From: Neophaeotheca triangularis
Lineage: Eukaryota
Direction: 5' to 3'
Assembly: GCA_054600435.1 (NCBI GenBank)
Contig: BAAIJX010000064.1
Location: forward strand, 62,001 to 114,591
Length of the DNA: 52,591 bases
The notes under the pieces were generated by a model. It was not told the DNA's origin and did no database searches. It saw only the letters and a list, made by a program, of their open reading frames with translations. The translations under genes were made by a program, and so were the position numbers. Below, in pieces: positions 21,362 to 32,510 of this stretch; the stretch's first letter is position 1; the number at the start of each line of letters is the position of its first letter.

Positions 21362-22369
21362 TCATGCACTAGCAGCTACCTCGGCAACCTCGACGTCGTC
21401 TCCCTTTCCAGCTGCTTTAAGCTCTTGCAGTCTCCTCTTCTCCTCCTCCATCATCACATTCTGTTTCTTTAGCCTCTCTGGAACGATGCTGTCCCTTTGA
21501 CCAGTAACCTTCCAGCCCCTCGTCTTCTTCTTCCCACCTAGCGCAGCAATTGTCTTCTTCTCAACAATGCTATACTGGCTCTCATCCTGCCGATCAAAAT
21601 CAAAAGGCTCTTTAAGACTGACCGGCGGATTGGTGATGATACGCAGCTGTCTGAGCTTGTTGTTCGAGGCCGAGTGTAGCATCAGCGGATGGAGGAGGTA
21701 GATGTCGCCGACTTTACCGGTAGCTTCGACGAAGACGTCGGAGGGCATGGACTTAGCGAGATTGCAGAACCAGTCTAGGTTGTTCTCGGGTTCCCAATTG
21801 GGGTTTTCGGAGCGTGGGGTCATGCGAGGGGAGACGCCTTCGGGGTGGGCGTGTAAGTGCTCGGCCATTTTTGAAATGGCGGAAGGGCAAATCATAGTGC
21901 CGCCGCCACCAGGTGCAATGTCGGTAAAGAGCGGGATGACTAGCAAGCCTTGTTCTGGAGAGTCAAGGTAGTGCGCGAAGAAATCGCCGTCAACGTGCCA
22001 GCCTGGGAGGTCGTGACCTCCGATGTCCTTGCCGTCGCCTTCGGGCGTACCAAGATTAACGATCAGCCCGTCGCCCCAGGTCTTGTTGTAATCTGCTATC
22101 CTGGCTTCGCCACCCAGGAGATCGCAGATAGCTGTCCATGCTTTAGGGGCAAAATCGCTGGCTTGGAAACGGTTGTGAGCTGGCATGTTGATGCGTTCCG
22201 TGTGCCAGGTGGATTTGTCGGTAGAAGACATTCCAAGGCGCGTCCAGACTGTGCCGATTAAATCATCGGATTGCTGTTTGGTGAAACAGTTCTCGAGCTT
22301 TAGCCAGCCGTGCTGCATAAAGTGGTCAATCTCTTCTTGTGTGATGTGTTGATAGTCCTGGGTAGTCAT
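21362..22369 (-). CDS. PhyH-like Fe(II)/2-oxoglutarate dioxygenase
   Basis: EIDHFMQHGWLKLENCF N-terminus, WHVDG (HxD), GGGT, GKVGDIYLLHPLMLHSAS (distal His); ATG at 22369. Confidence 0.8.
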   Translation of the reverse strand: MTTQDYQHITQEEIDHFMQHGWLKLENCFTKQQSDDLIGTVWTRLGMSSTDKSTWHTERINMPAHNRFQASDFAPKAWTAICDLLGGEARIADYNKTWGDGLIVNLGTPEGDGKDIGGHDLPGWHVDGDFFAHYLDSPEQGLLVIPLFTDIAPGGGGTMICPSAISKMAEHLHAHPEGVSPRMTPRSENPNWEPENNLDWFCNLAKSMPSDVFVEATGKVGDIYLLHPLMLHSASNNKLRQLRIITNPPVSLKEPFDFDRQDESQYSIVEKKTIAALGGKKKTRGWKVTGQRDSIVPERLKKQNVMMEEEKRRLQELKAAGKGDDVEVAEVAASA

Positions 22370-22797
22370 GTTGTATGAAAGGGCGCTATTTGAGGAAATC
22401 GCGATTGGAAAGAGATGCACTCCGAGCTAGAAGTGTCTCTCGCGCTCTCTTGAACTTTTCTTGATGCTTATAAGCATCAGAAGACGATTGCCAGGCGACA
22501 AGACACTATATGTACCTACGATACGTCGATACTTGAGGCAGCATGTCAATGTTTTGGTTGGTTGCGGGTAAATTGGCGGCTAAAGTGAGCTCTCTACCCC
22601 ACGGAGCTTCGAAAGGCCTTTCTGTCCTGTACCAGCCATCAGTGACTTTGCGTACGGCGAGAACTGCAAATGGAACTTGTAAGACGCCAGATCCTGCTTA
22701 AGTTTGGAGAACGGGTTTCACTCGATCTAGTCAGGCTTAGAGGTTAGGATGTTCTGCTTTGCAATGAACTGGCGAGCTGCGACAAGAGTGACGGCTT

Positions 22798-23703
22798 TTA
22801 GTGTGTCTGCTCATTTGACGACGCCTCCGCATGAGCAGTCTCACGGGCTTGCTGCTCTTGTAGCAGTGCGAGTTGCTTGTCCCGAATGTCCTTCTCAGCG
22901 TTGACGTTGAATTTGGTGGCCTGTATGTGTTTCCAGAAAACCTTGGCGTCGATCGAGGCATAGCCACCAAAGGCCGCCATGTCGATAAGGTGTTTCAGGC
23001 AGGGTCGAAGGGCCACGACTACACTGCTCCTCCCACTTGGGTTGCTGATGACTCTGTGATAGCCCACTGCCACGGTCCCCTGAAGTAGCACGCGAAGGCT
23101 ATCCGCTATCAAAATAGTCGGGCCCTTGCAATCGATCCACTCCTCTGTGTCGTCGGTGCGGTGCAGTACTTGAAGACCGTCGCCATTCCCTACACACAAT
23201 GTGATGAGTCCAATATCGACGTGTGGTGCTGCTTCTCCAGGAGGAGCATATTAACGAAATATTCTCATGAGCGTCCTGTGTTTGTGAGCCTTCGGTAAGA
23301 TTATCCCACACAGACACAGAAGGACCTCTAGCTTGGGCCATTTCGCACAGAATGCGATACAGAAGACGTCCAGTTTCTTGCCATACTTGCCGTACTTTAT
23401 CTCGAGGTCCATCTGCGGGTGGACCTCCCAGCGGAAGGTGACATACTCTTTCTCGTGCTTGACTTCGTAGTAACCTACCTCGGTGCCAGGTCCAGAGGGA
23501 TAGCTCGTCCGTTTTGCCTCTTCGTCCTGGTCGAAGAAGGCAGATGCAATAATGGAGAGTCTTTGGAAATGTTTGACGAGCGGATCTGCGAGGGGCAGGA
23601 AGAGGTAGCCATGCTCGGACAACTGCTCATGCCTTTGTCTGTTCAATACTGGCGGTGGGCCAGGCGGAGGGGCGTATTCCAAAGCCATATCACGAAAAAC
23701 CAT
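22798..23703 (-). pseudogene. Disrupted 2OG-Fe(II) oxygenase (IPNS/DIOX-like)
   Basis: HVD..GLQV..YHRV..RSS facial-triad motifs. In-frame TAA at 23253-23251 within TLMRIFR*YAPPG. Between about 23395 and 23285 the more protein-like reading is a different frame (VWQETGRLLYRILCEMA); no fitting intron seen. Confidence 0.75.
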
Positions 23704-23971
23704 CTTCTTGTTGTTGTTGTTGGTGATGAAAAGTCTACTATGTAGTATATACCTAGTACCTACTAGTTCCTAGGTAGCGAGCATTATTGCCAAGAATATA
23801 GATAAGTAGACAGATAGGCTCGGGAATAACTGGCCGATTTGTGTATAATAAACCCGAGGCAACCTCACCTAGGTAATCCGCCACTTTGTCCGCACTGGAC
23901 TCAACTACACAGCACAAGCAACGGAAGCCTTCTACCACGACTTCACGACTTGGCTACTTCAGCCATATCAT

Positions 23972-25135
23972 ATGGAAGTCGCAGCAAACGAAACATTGGG
24001 CCATACCGCCACTGAAATCGACGAGTCGCGCCTTGAGTCGACGAACAACCAAGACGAAAACGAGAAAGCTTCCAAGGATGTAGTCAAGCATCATAGCAGC
24101 AGTCCATCAGAACCGGAGGTTGCCACAAAGACTGTTGGTGCAGATTACCATTACGCCGGAACCAGCTTCAACGCCGCCTTGGAGAACAAAGACTACGATG
24201 AGCCCTTGGTCGACAAGACCGAAGCATTACCGCTGCGTTCGAAGAAGACCGACCGACTCAAGAAACGGCTGGAGAAGAAGACGAAGAAGAAAAAGGGGTC
24301 CGGGTTAGATGTCAAGTCCTTTTTGGATTTGCCGGTGGAGCTCCTCCACGAGATCTTCAGTCACCTACGACCACGTGACATTCTAGGCTCTTTATTGCTG
24401 CTCAATCGCTCGACGAAGACTTTCATCGAGGAGAACGAAACTTCTCTGGCCCGTGACATATGCGCTCGCCGATATTGGGTACTAAGTCAGTGTTTCCACT
24501 TACCCGTTCCCCTGCAAGAAGTGCCTCCAAAGGCCATACCTTCACTCCTCAGTCCTCAACGGCAACAACTCCTTACTTTACATCGCAAACCATATCACCA
24601 CATCGTAGCCAGCTTTCCGGAAGAAGTTTGTACCTGCATGACCTGCGTCTTTGCTTGGAATAACTTGTGCATGGTCCTAGACTTTGCGCACTGGCAGCCT
24701 TACCTCAACGACCGCGAACCCATACCAATGATACCACGAGGCTCCATGCCGGAGTGGAATACCAAGCTGTTAGAGGCAAACGGCGCTGTGGTGAAACATG
24801 CAATGAAGTCGCCCCTGACATACGCTCGCATTCTGGAGAAGCACCTTGACAGCATCACCGGGACCCTCATGCGACCGATCAGATATAACAAGAAGATCTC
24901 ACTGCCAAACAAGAACAGACTTTACAATCTGACTAGCGAAGACGTCGAAAAGGGTACAGATGGATTTCTAGACCGCAAAGGGCCACCAAGCTACGAACCA
25001 CCATGGCATCGCGACAACTATTATTCACTGGAATGCTACGTGCCGAACCGAAAATGGGACAAGGAGGAACTACGATGGAAGTATTGGCCTGCTCAGCATC
25101 GGCGAGATCTGGAATGGATCATGGAGAGATTCTAG
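23972..25135 (+). CDS. F-box domain protein
   Basis: F-box FLDLPVELLHEIFSHLRPRDI..LLLLNRS preceded by a Lys-rich NLS-like stretch; CTCMTC motif; 387 aa. Confidence 0.85.
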   Translation: MEVAANETLGHTATEIDESRLESTNNQDENEKASKDVVKHHSSSPSEPEVATKTVGADYHYAGTSFNAALENKDYDEPLVDKTEALPLRSKKTDRLKKRLEKKTKKKKGSGLDVKSFLDLPVELLHEIFSHLRPRDILGSLLLLNRSTKTFIEENETSLARDICARRYWVLSQCFHLPVPLQEVPPKAIPSLLSPQRQQLLTLHRKPYHHIVASFPEEVCTCMTCVFAWNNLCMVLDFAHWQPYLNDREPIPMIPRGSMPEWNTKLLEANGAVVKHAMKSPLTYARILEKHLDSITGTLMRPIRYNKKISLPNKNRLYNLTSEDVEKGTDGFLDRKGPPSYEPPWHRDNYYSLECYVPNRKWDKEELRWKYWPAQHRRDLEWIMERF

Positions 25136-25729
25136 CCTTTGGTGATTCTTGTCCGAAGACTTCGTCTCATGAAGGAAACGTATATCGCCCCTTGGCTACT
25201 GGTTCCGGTTGTTTTATCACGCCTCCGGACGATCGAGGAATCAGTCTGTACATTACCATCGGATACATGCATCACAGATGTACGATGCAGGCCGAACCCT
25301 GCTTGATCTCAGATAAAGCACTCCGACTAGCTCATTGGTGTGTATTGGCCGCCGCGCGTCACACAATAGCATTGTTTGGACAAAGGCGTTCCACTGGCTT
25401 GGCTTTCGGGAAAAGCGGTCTTTATCAGTCTTTGTCTTTGGTGAATTGCAAAGTTGACTTGCTTTGTGCAAAAAACAATCACCATTGTTTGGCCTCTTCT
25501 TTCATAACTGTACCATCTTCGAGTATATGAGCGACAAGACTCTGAAACGTCTCATTCCCCCCTCTCTCTCTCTCCCTTCCTTCCTACCCGCATCGCACTG
25601 ATTCAACAGGCCCATATCCTGGTCCTCGAGAAGACGTGCAATCCAATCAACAAAACCGACAAGAAAAAAAACCAGACAAACCCCTTCCCTTCCATACTCC
25701 CCAAAACCCCCCACCCGCACACTCACACA

Positions 25730-26458
25730 ATGACCCCGATCCGTCAAAACGACAAGGGCAAAGCTCCCGCTGCTTGGAGCCTGCGAATGCGCCGCCAACG
25801 CGGCCTACCCTACAGGCCTCGTTTGAGCCACACTCAAGCCGGGGCCGACACCGTCGCAGGCGCTCCCCAGGTCGAGCCCGCCCGCCTAAACCTCCCCGAC
25901 TACGCCCGCCCCCTCACGCTCAATCAAAGACACCCAACAAGCCAAGACCGCCGCAACGCCGTCGCGGACCTCTCAGCCGACCCCCACAACGTCACCACTG
26001 CAGCCTCGGCCGCCAACGCCCGTGGTTCCGGTCCCCGCGCGCGCCGCAATGCCATCTCCCAAGACATGGCGGAGCGCGACCCGGACATCACCGCCATGGC
26101 CGACGCCCTGCAGGACTCCATCATCCGCAACAACCCCGGGCTACGCGCTCAGAACCGCGGAATGGACGCCGTCATCCACCTACTGGAAGAGTACGTACAC
26201 CGCAACGACGCCGACGCGGCCTTGGGCGCGGAACAAATCATCGCCGCCGCCGAGACCGACTACACCACCGACGACGACATGGACGCCGCGCTGCGTTCCT
26301 CTGTCGAAGACCGCACCGTCGACGCGTGGCAGAACCTATCCCCACGCGCGCCTTTTGCCAGCTTGCTGCGAGCGTGGGAAAGACCCGAGGGCTACCGGTG
26401 CGAGATATGCCACAAGGATCGCTGGGAGTGTGAGTGCCTCCCCCAACAACCCGAGTAG
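25730..26458 (+). CDS. Hypothetical protein with C-terminal CxxC-x6-CxC cluster
   Basis: 242-aa ORF, ATG in cacaATG context, C-ending codon bias like other genes here; no family recognised. Confidence 0.55.
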   Translation: MTPIRQNDKGKAPAAWSLRMRRQRGLPYRPRLSHTQAGADTVAGAPQVEPARLNLPDYARPLTLNQRHPTSQDRRNAVADLSADPHNVTTAASAANARGSGPRARRNAISQDMAERDPDITAMADALQDSIIRNNPGLRAQNRGMDAVIHLLEEYVHRNDADAALGAEQIIAAAETDYTTDDDMDAALRSSVEDRTVDAWQNLSPRAPFASLLRAWERPEGYRCEICHKDRWECECLPQQPE

Positions 26459-27719
26459 AGTGAAGACCGAAGGTGAGTTCCGCGCGGTGAGTCGGTGATG
26501 CGCGGTCTCCCCCCTCTTCCCCACCCCCCTTGCCCCTGCCCCTGCCCCCACCCCTGCCCTTTTTCCTTCTCCTGTACTACTACCATTCAAGGAGGTCTTT
26601 TTTCGCTCACCCCGGAGACAGCTGGCGCTACTCTCCCTCTCTCTCCAGGTTCATAATCGGAGAGAAGCTGATCGAGGCGGACGAACAACCGCGAACCCTT
26701 CCCAGGTTTATAATCGGGTCGTGGGACGCGGGAGCTCGATCTTGCCATTGGCACAACAAGGCGCCGGTCGTCGAGGGGGTTTTCTGGGAGGTTAAACGGT
26801 AGGTATCGCCCGATGTATAAAATGCTTGCGTTCCGGGGAAACCATCCTCTCTCTTTTCAAGTACTCGTGTCCTTTGACTTGTCTGTCTTTGCCGGTCGGT
26901 ACTGCTGCTGCCGATTTGTAGAAACAGACGTAGAGAGCTCTGTGATCTCGACGTTGATATAGGTTCGTTGGGTTTACTAACTTCACCAGTCTTGTAGAAC
27001 CTATATACTGCTGTAGCTTGCCGAAGAAAAACCTGGTCTCTTTCCCCATCCCATCGAACTAAGAGGTACACACCCACTCACACTCTTTCCCCGTCGCACT
27101 CGCGCCGGGACAATGTCGAAACGCCGCGCAAAGCTCGCGCAGACTCCGAAGATTCAGGCAGACCGATCCTGAAAGGAGGAAGAAGTCAATGTGTGGAAGA
27201 AGCATAGAACATCCAATGTTAAAGCCCTTTGACGGGCACTAGTTTGGCACTCTGCACTGCAATGCTACCTATCCACCAACTTGTGCCAATCAAGTAGATC
27301 TACAGAAACCCCACCCATCCACCCATCGGTCCATCGGTCCACAACAATAGAGAAAAGGTGCTTGGCTAATCGCACGCTGCTTTGCCCTGCCTTTCCCGCA
27401 ACACAGCAAACAAGACGATAAACAGCCCCCAAGGCGCGGTCGGGAAGAAAAGTGGTATAGTGCGATTGGGCATTCAGCACGAGTATTGGGAAAACAAAGG
27501 TTTCGCTCGCTGAAAGGAACAATAAAGGTAAACGGGAGTGTGATCCCCAAAAAAAAAGGATGACAGCTCTCCCTCGGGCCGGAAAACCTGGCCGTACAAA
27601 CAAGGAGAGGTTTCGCGCGCGCTGGTCCTATGAGCCAGAGCTGGTGATGTAGTCGACCGGTCGGTGGTCAATAGGTGGGAAGGAAGGGGGGAAGACGCCG
27701 GCGCGGTAGATAGCCAGGC

Positions 27720-30700
27720 TCACGCCGTTTGCTCCTGTTTGTTCCGTCTTGCACGCATTAACTCTTCGTCGCCCGCGCGTGTCGGACTGTGCGAGAGTTC
27801 TGAGCTGACCGGAGGAAGCGTGGGAAGTTCCTTATCGTCCCAGCGGCCGCGACGGTCGTCTTTGGGTGGTGTGGGAGGAGGCGCTCCACCACCTAGACCT
27901 CGCCAGTCGGTCTTGTAACCCTGCGCGTGGCCGTTGGAGGCGCCTTCGCCTTTTGGTGGTGTGGGCGGGGGCACTTCTCCTAAGCTTTCGGATGGCACGT
28001 TGGCGTTGCCGATGATGGGCTCGCTGGCGTGGTGTTCTTGGGGGTTGTGGGCGGCTCCGCGCATTGAAGGGACGTGAGAGACATCTTCCCGGCTCTGCCT
28101 GAAAGAGGCACGCTGTGGTGTCTTGTTCTCGGTGCTCGAGCCGTTCTCCAGATCTTCGCCAATGACTGGTAGCATGACGGCATCTGGCCCTTCGCCTGTG
28201 CTCCTAACACTAGTAATAGCACGGCTGGGTACGTTCTGCTCGTCGTGGCCTTCGCGTCTACTGCGCTCGGCCATTCTTTCCGCTCTCTCTAGGACCCCTT
28301 CAGTGCCTGGCGGGTTGAGGTTGGCGCGCTGAATATTCATGCCTCCAAGTGCTGGGTCGTTGAGAGTGGGCTCGCTGCTTTGTGCGATTTCATTCCCCAT
28401 TTGCCCGTCGAGAGTTTGCGAGTACCGTTCTGTTTCTGCGCGCTCGCGCGATTTGGTCACACCGGAAATGAAGCGTATAAAGCGCTCTCCATAACGTTCG
28501 GGAGGGATGGGCGAGATCTGGGCCTCGTTGGGACCCCAGCCTTTCCAGAAGTGCTCGAGCTTTTTGAGCGTGTTGTACTGGACTATGTTAGCTGTGGTCA
28601 TTTAACATTTGCGGGGCTTTTGCATACCCTGGTCAAGCAATCGATAATCCCGAGATAGTAAATCTCCTCGCCAGGACAGTCATCCTCGTGTGTCGCCCTA
28701 AAGCCACCATCATCGGCGTAGAAGTAAAAGGCCTTCTTTTGCGCCTCCTCAGGCATCCGATCCATAGTCATCGCCATCGGTATGGGCTTCTCCTTCTTCA
28801 ACCTAGCCCTCAAATCCTGCGCCCGCTTCTGACTCTCCATCTTACTCGGCGTGCGCATCAACGCTCCACCACTCGAATCTCCTCCGTTATCACCGCCCGG
28901 CTGGAACACCTGCAAGGTCTTGTCGCGCAAGTTGTCCTCGTTGCCACGTTCCAGATCATGAATGCCCACCAGCATCGAATAATCCATGATCTTCAAACGC
29001 TGCAATAACGCGACATCCTTCTGAATTTGTGCGACAAAAGCCTCCTTCTTCGTTGGCCCAAACTCCAAGTGCAGGTTCCGACGCAGCCAGTTGAGGTCCT
29101 TGAGCGTCGCCCTAGGATTCTTCTCCAGGTCCTCTTCTCGGAAGTCTCGCCCAATCGTGCTGCCCTTCAAATCGAAAGTCCGGTGTATATCTCTATGCGG
29201 AGGGAACAGGTTGTTCATGACAACGAAATGTATCTTACGCCCGTACGGTATCTTGACCCTGTGCAAACCGTAAAACTGCGAGAGGAGGGTGTTGGGGTTC
29301 TCCTGAACGTGATTGTAGTATTCCTTGAGTATCTTTCGTAGAAATTTGTGCTCCCCGTGATGAATGGTTTTGATGATGTATTTGTAGTCTCGTGAGAAGT
29401 AGAAGAATGAGCCGCTTTTCCCGGGCGACCCCAGCTCAGACAGAATGTACTTAGAAGTCAGCGAGACCAGATAATCGGCCGGATCGAGCTGAAACTTTGC
29501 GCGCAAATGTCGGAACACCCAGGGTGCGTAGTCCTTGAACTTGAAGTCGTATTTGGCGCTAGGGGTTAGTTCATTCCCTGTGACATCGAAGCTGAATTTG
29601 TGACTAGCAGCGAAGTCGGCATCCGTAAGCTCGCGGTCGAGCTTTGCGTTGATACGACTGACGCAGAATCGAATACCAACGAGCATGTCGTAGGCCGTGA
29701 CCCAATTGACGTGATTGATGTCGACCTTCGTGCCTACGACGACCCTATCGTCATCGGTATCTGCGCGCTGCTTCTTAGATGCTCTTTTGGCCTTGATGTG
29801 TTCCGTCCAGCGCGCGGCATCTTCGTCCTGGGGTGCTTCGTCGGTGGGCATGTCTGAATGTATTGATCGCGTCGCTCTTCTTGCCAGAGTAAGGGATCCC
29901 CTTCGCTTCGTTGGTGTGCTTGGCGAGAAGCGACCAGTTGCCAGCACGGCCGAGTCCGCAGAATGCTCGCCTGACGTTCGAGTATTGACTTTCGGAACTT
30001 CGAGAGTATGTCGTTGAGTGAGACGATCGGGTCTCGCCAGAGGAGGTGACGCAGCAGAATTCGGGCTTGGAGGGGAAAGGGAGGTTTGAGAGGGAGAGAA
30101 GGCTGGAGGGGAGGACGCGCGGTGGTGAGCGTGTGAGACTGGCGGCTTGAGCATATCGTCCTGGGTCTGCTGTATTGATTGCCATGCTTGCAATCCTGAG
30201 GTTTCTCTGACCGGTGACAGCGTAGATCCGGGTGCCACAGACACACCACCGTGCGGTGTCCTAGGAGGAGCACCTTGCGCCCCCTCGCCATTGACAGCAG
30301 CTGTTGACTTTGCGAGAGGTGACTTCGGGGTGCCTCCTCCTGGAGGTTTCCCGTTAGGAATCGACGCAAAATAACCCTCCCCTGCCGCGCCTGGCCGCGG
30401 ACTGGTCGCCGTGATCGTCTCCCCAGACCGCCTCTCGCTGTCCATGTTGCTGCTCCGTCTCGACCGCGTGCTCAACGCCGTGTTCTTCTCCCGCGGCCCT
30501 CTGTCGCTCGTTCCATCGCTCATCACGCTGTTAGTCGCGGTCACGATGCTGCCATTGCTTCCTGCCACACCTTCCTTCCCACTCGCCATGGAGAGCCCAT
30601 TAGGCGTCTGCGGCCAACCCCCGGGTATCACATCCAAAGCCGGTGTCGGGTGGTCGGACGAGGGTGATAACAGCTCGCTCGAGGGCCGGCCATTGAGGTT

Positions 30701-30793
30701 GTTGGTGCTGCTACGCTTTGTATAGCTGCTGTGCGATTGCGATTCTGGTGCTTGCTGTCGCTGTTGCTGCTCCAGGTCGCTGGCACTCGGCAT
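27720..30793 (-). CDS. MSS4: 1-phosphatidylinositol-4-phosphate 5-kinase (Mss4/Its3); exons 30793-28628 and 28577-27720
   Basis: [65 protein letters not shown]; a 50-nt intron GTATGC..GCTAAC..CAG joins CLTR-YNTLKK. Confidence 0.95.
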
Positions 30794-31139
30794 GTCGAAG
30801 GTCTGCACCATACAGATACTTCCATTGAGCTCCAGCGACTTCCTCAGCTGGGCATAGTCCCCTTCAAGGGGCCGGGGGGTCGCCAGCGTTCCTCCCGCCG
30901 TGGTGGTGGTGGGGTTCGTTTGTGTTTGGATGGTTGGATGGTGGTGATCGTGGTGGTGGTGGAGTTGATAGACGTCCTGTGATTTTGGGCGGTGTTTCGG
31001 GGGTTGGCAGTGGTGATGACGACGCTGGCGATGGGGATAGGCGATGCTATAGCTGAATACTATTGCTCGATTTCTGTGGCACGGCAAGAAGGTGGAGAGT
31101 GGCGGATGAGAGCAAGTATAAAGCAGCAATCAGGAACCC

Positions 31140-31155
31140 GGGGGGGGGGGGGGGG
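31140..31155. repeat. G16 homopolymer (C16 on the Mss4 strand)
   Basis: Read directly. Confidence 0.9.
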
Positions 31156-31552
31156 ATAGAGTCTGAGAGATTGGTATGGTATGAAGTTCTGGCCTTGGCG
31201 GTATCTGGGGAAGACGATGATAACAGGCTCACGTCCGGCTCGGTTCGCTGAGCTAAGTGTCTAGCCCGATTCGGCAAGAGCTGCCCAGACTTCAACTCCC
31301 GCCTTATTACTGTAATCGCCGACCGCCGACGCCCCATCTCGAATCTGCTGCTGCTTCGCTATTCCTGGCAACGACGACGACGACAACATCCCCAGAGTTT
31401 GCGACGACACTCTGTGGCGAGAATAACGACGATGGAATAGCAGCATAGGACGTTCTTGTAACTCGCAATCAAAGTTCCCCTCACAGAGATGAGCTAATCG
31501 ATCAGTCCTCGATTGGCTTCGACGCATCTTCAAAAGAACCAAAGCCCTGATT

Positions 31553-32510
31553 ATGGCTACCCCCTCACCACCACCAGACCGCTTCGTCAATGGAACAGCA
31601 AACGGTGCAGCTACTACGCCGTACGACGAAGAGCCTCCTGAGGGTATTTACCACTACGAAGATCCCGATGAGGTCCCCGAGGACGTTTGGAAGTGAGCGA
31701 GCCGCATACATCGCGAAACTGCCCACGCGCCGAGCACTGAACAACCCCTTAGGTACTGGCAGCAGAGATACGACATCTTTTCGGCATACGACGATGGCAT
31801 TTGGATGACTGACAGTGCGTGGTTTGGTATCACTCCTGAACCGATAGCTACGTAAGTCCCCTTTCCCATCCCACAATCCTTCGATCGCCAACTGACGCCC
31901 CCCCCATAGCCAAATCGCGGAACATGTTGCTACCGCCTCGGCCGATAAGACCGTCCTCATCGATGCGTTTGCAGGTGCAGGTGGCAATACCATCGCTTTC
32001 GCCCTGTCCGGCCGCTGGCAACAGATCTTCGCCGTCGAAAAGGACCCCAAAGCCCTTGTGTGTGCCAAGCATAACGCCAAAGTCTACGGCGTCGCAAACA
32101 AGATCGTCTGGATCGAGGGAGATGTCTTCGACATGCTCAAATCGCGACTGAAGACGGTAACCAAGAACGCTGTCATCTTTGGCAGTCCGCCGTGGGGAGG
32201 TGAGTAAAATCGACGTTTCCCCCCTTGTGCGCGAGCTTGAAGCTGACACGTCTAAGGTCCTACTTACCGAGACTTTGAAATTTTCGATCTCGCCATGATG
32301 GAGCCTTACACGCTACTTCAGCTTTACTCCTCATTCTCGAAGAACTGCGACAGTGTGGTTCTCTACCTTCCTCGCACTTCGGATTTGCAGCAGATTGCCG
32401 ACCAGTACGAGCCGAAGAAGGACGGCGGGAAGCTCAAGACTATGCACTACTGTATGCATGGGGCGAGTAGGGCGCTATGCGTGTACTATGGGCGGTTCGT
32501 CATGGACTGA
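31553..32510 (+). CDS. TGS1: Trimethylguanosine synthase; exons 31553-31692, 31753-31851, 31910-32199, 32257-32510
   Basis: KYWQQRYDIFSAYDDGIWMTDSAWFGITPEPIA, SAM motif IDAFAGAGGNTIAFA, SPPWGGPTY, VVLYLPRTSD; three canonical introns. Confidence 0.93.

Noticed and set aside
21362..23703. Two dioxygenases as a secondary-metabolite cluster
   Set aside because: No PKS, NRPS, terpene synthase, transporter or pathway transcription factor in the window.
26628..27077. 149-aa minus-strand ORF and a short imperfect direct repeat (ccaggtt.ataatcgg twice)
   Set aside because: Non-ATG start, no motif; two short copies are too little to call an element.
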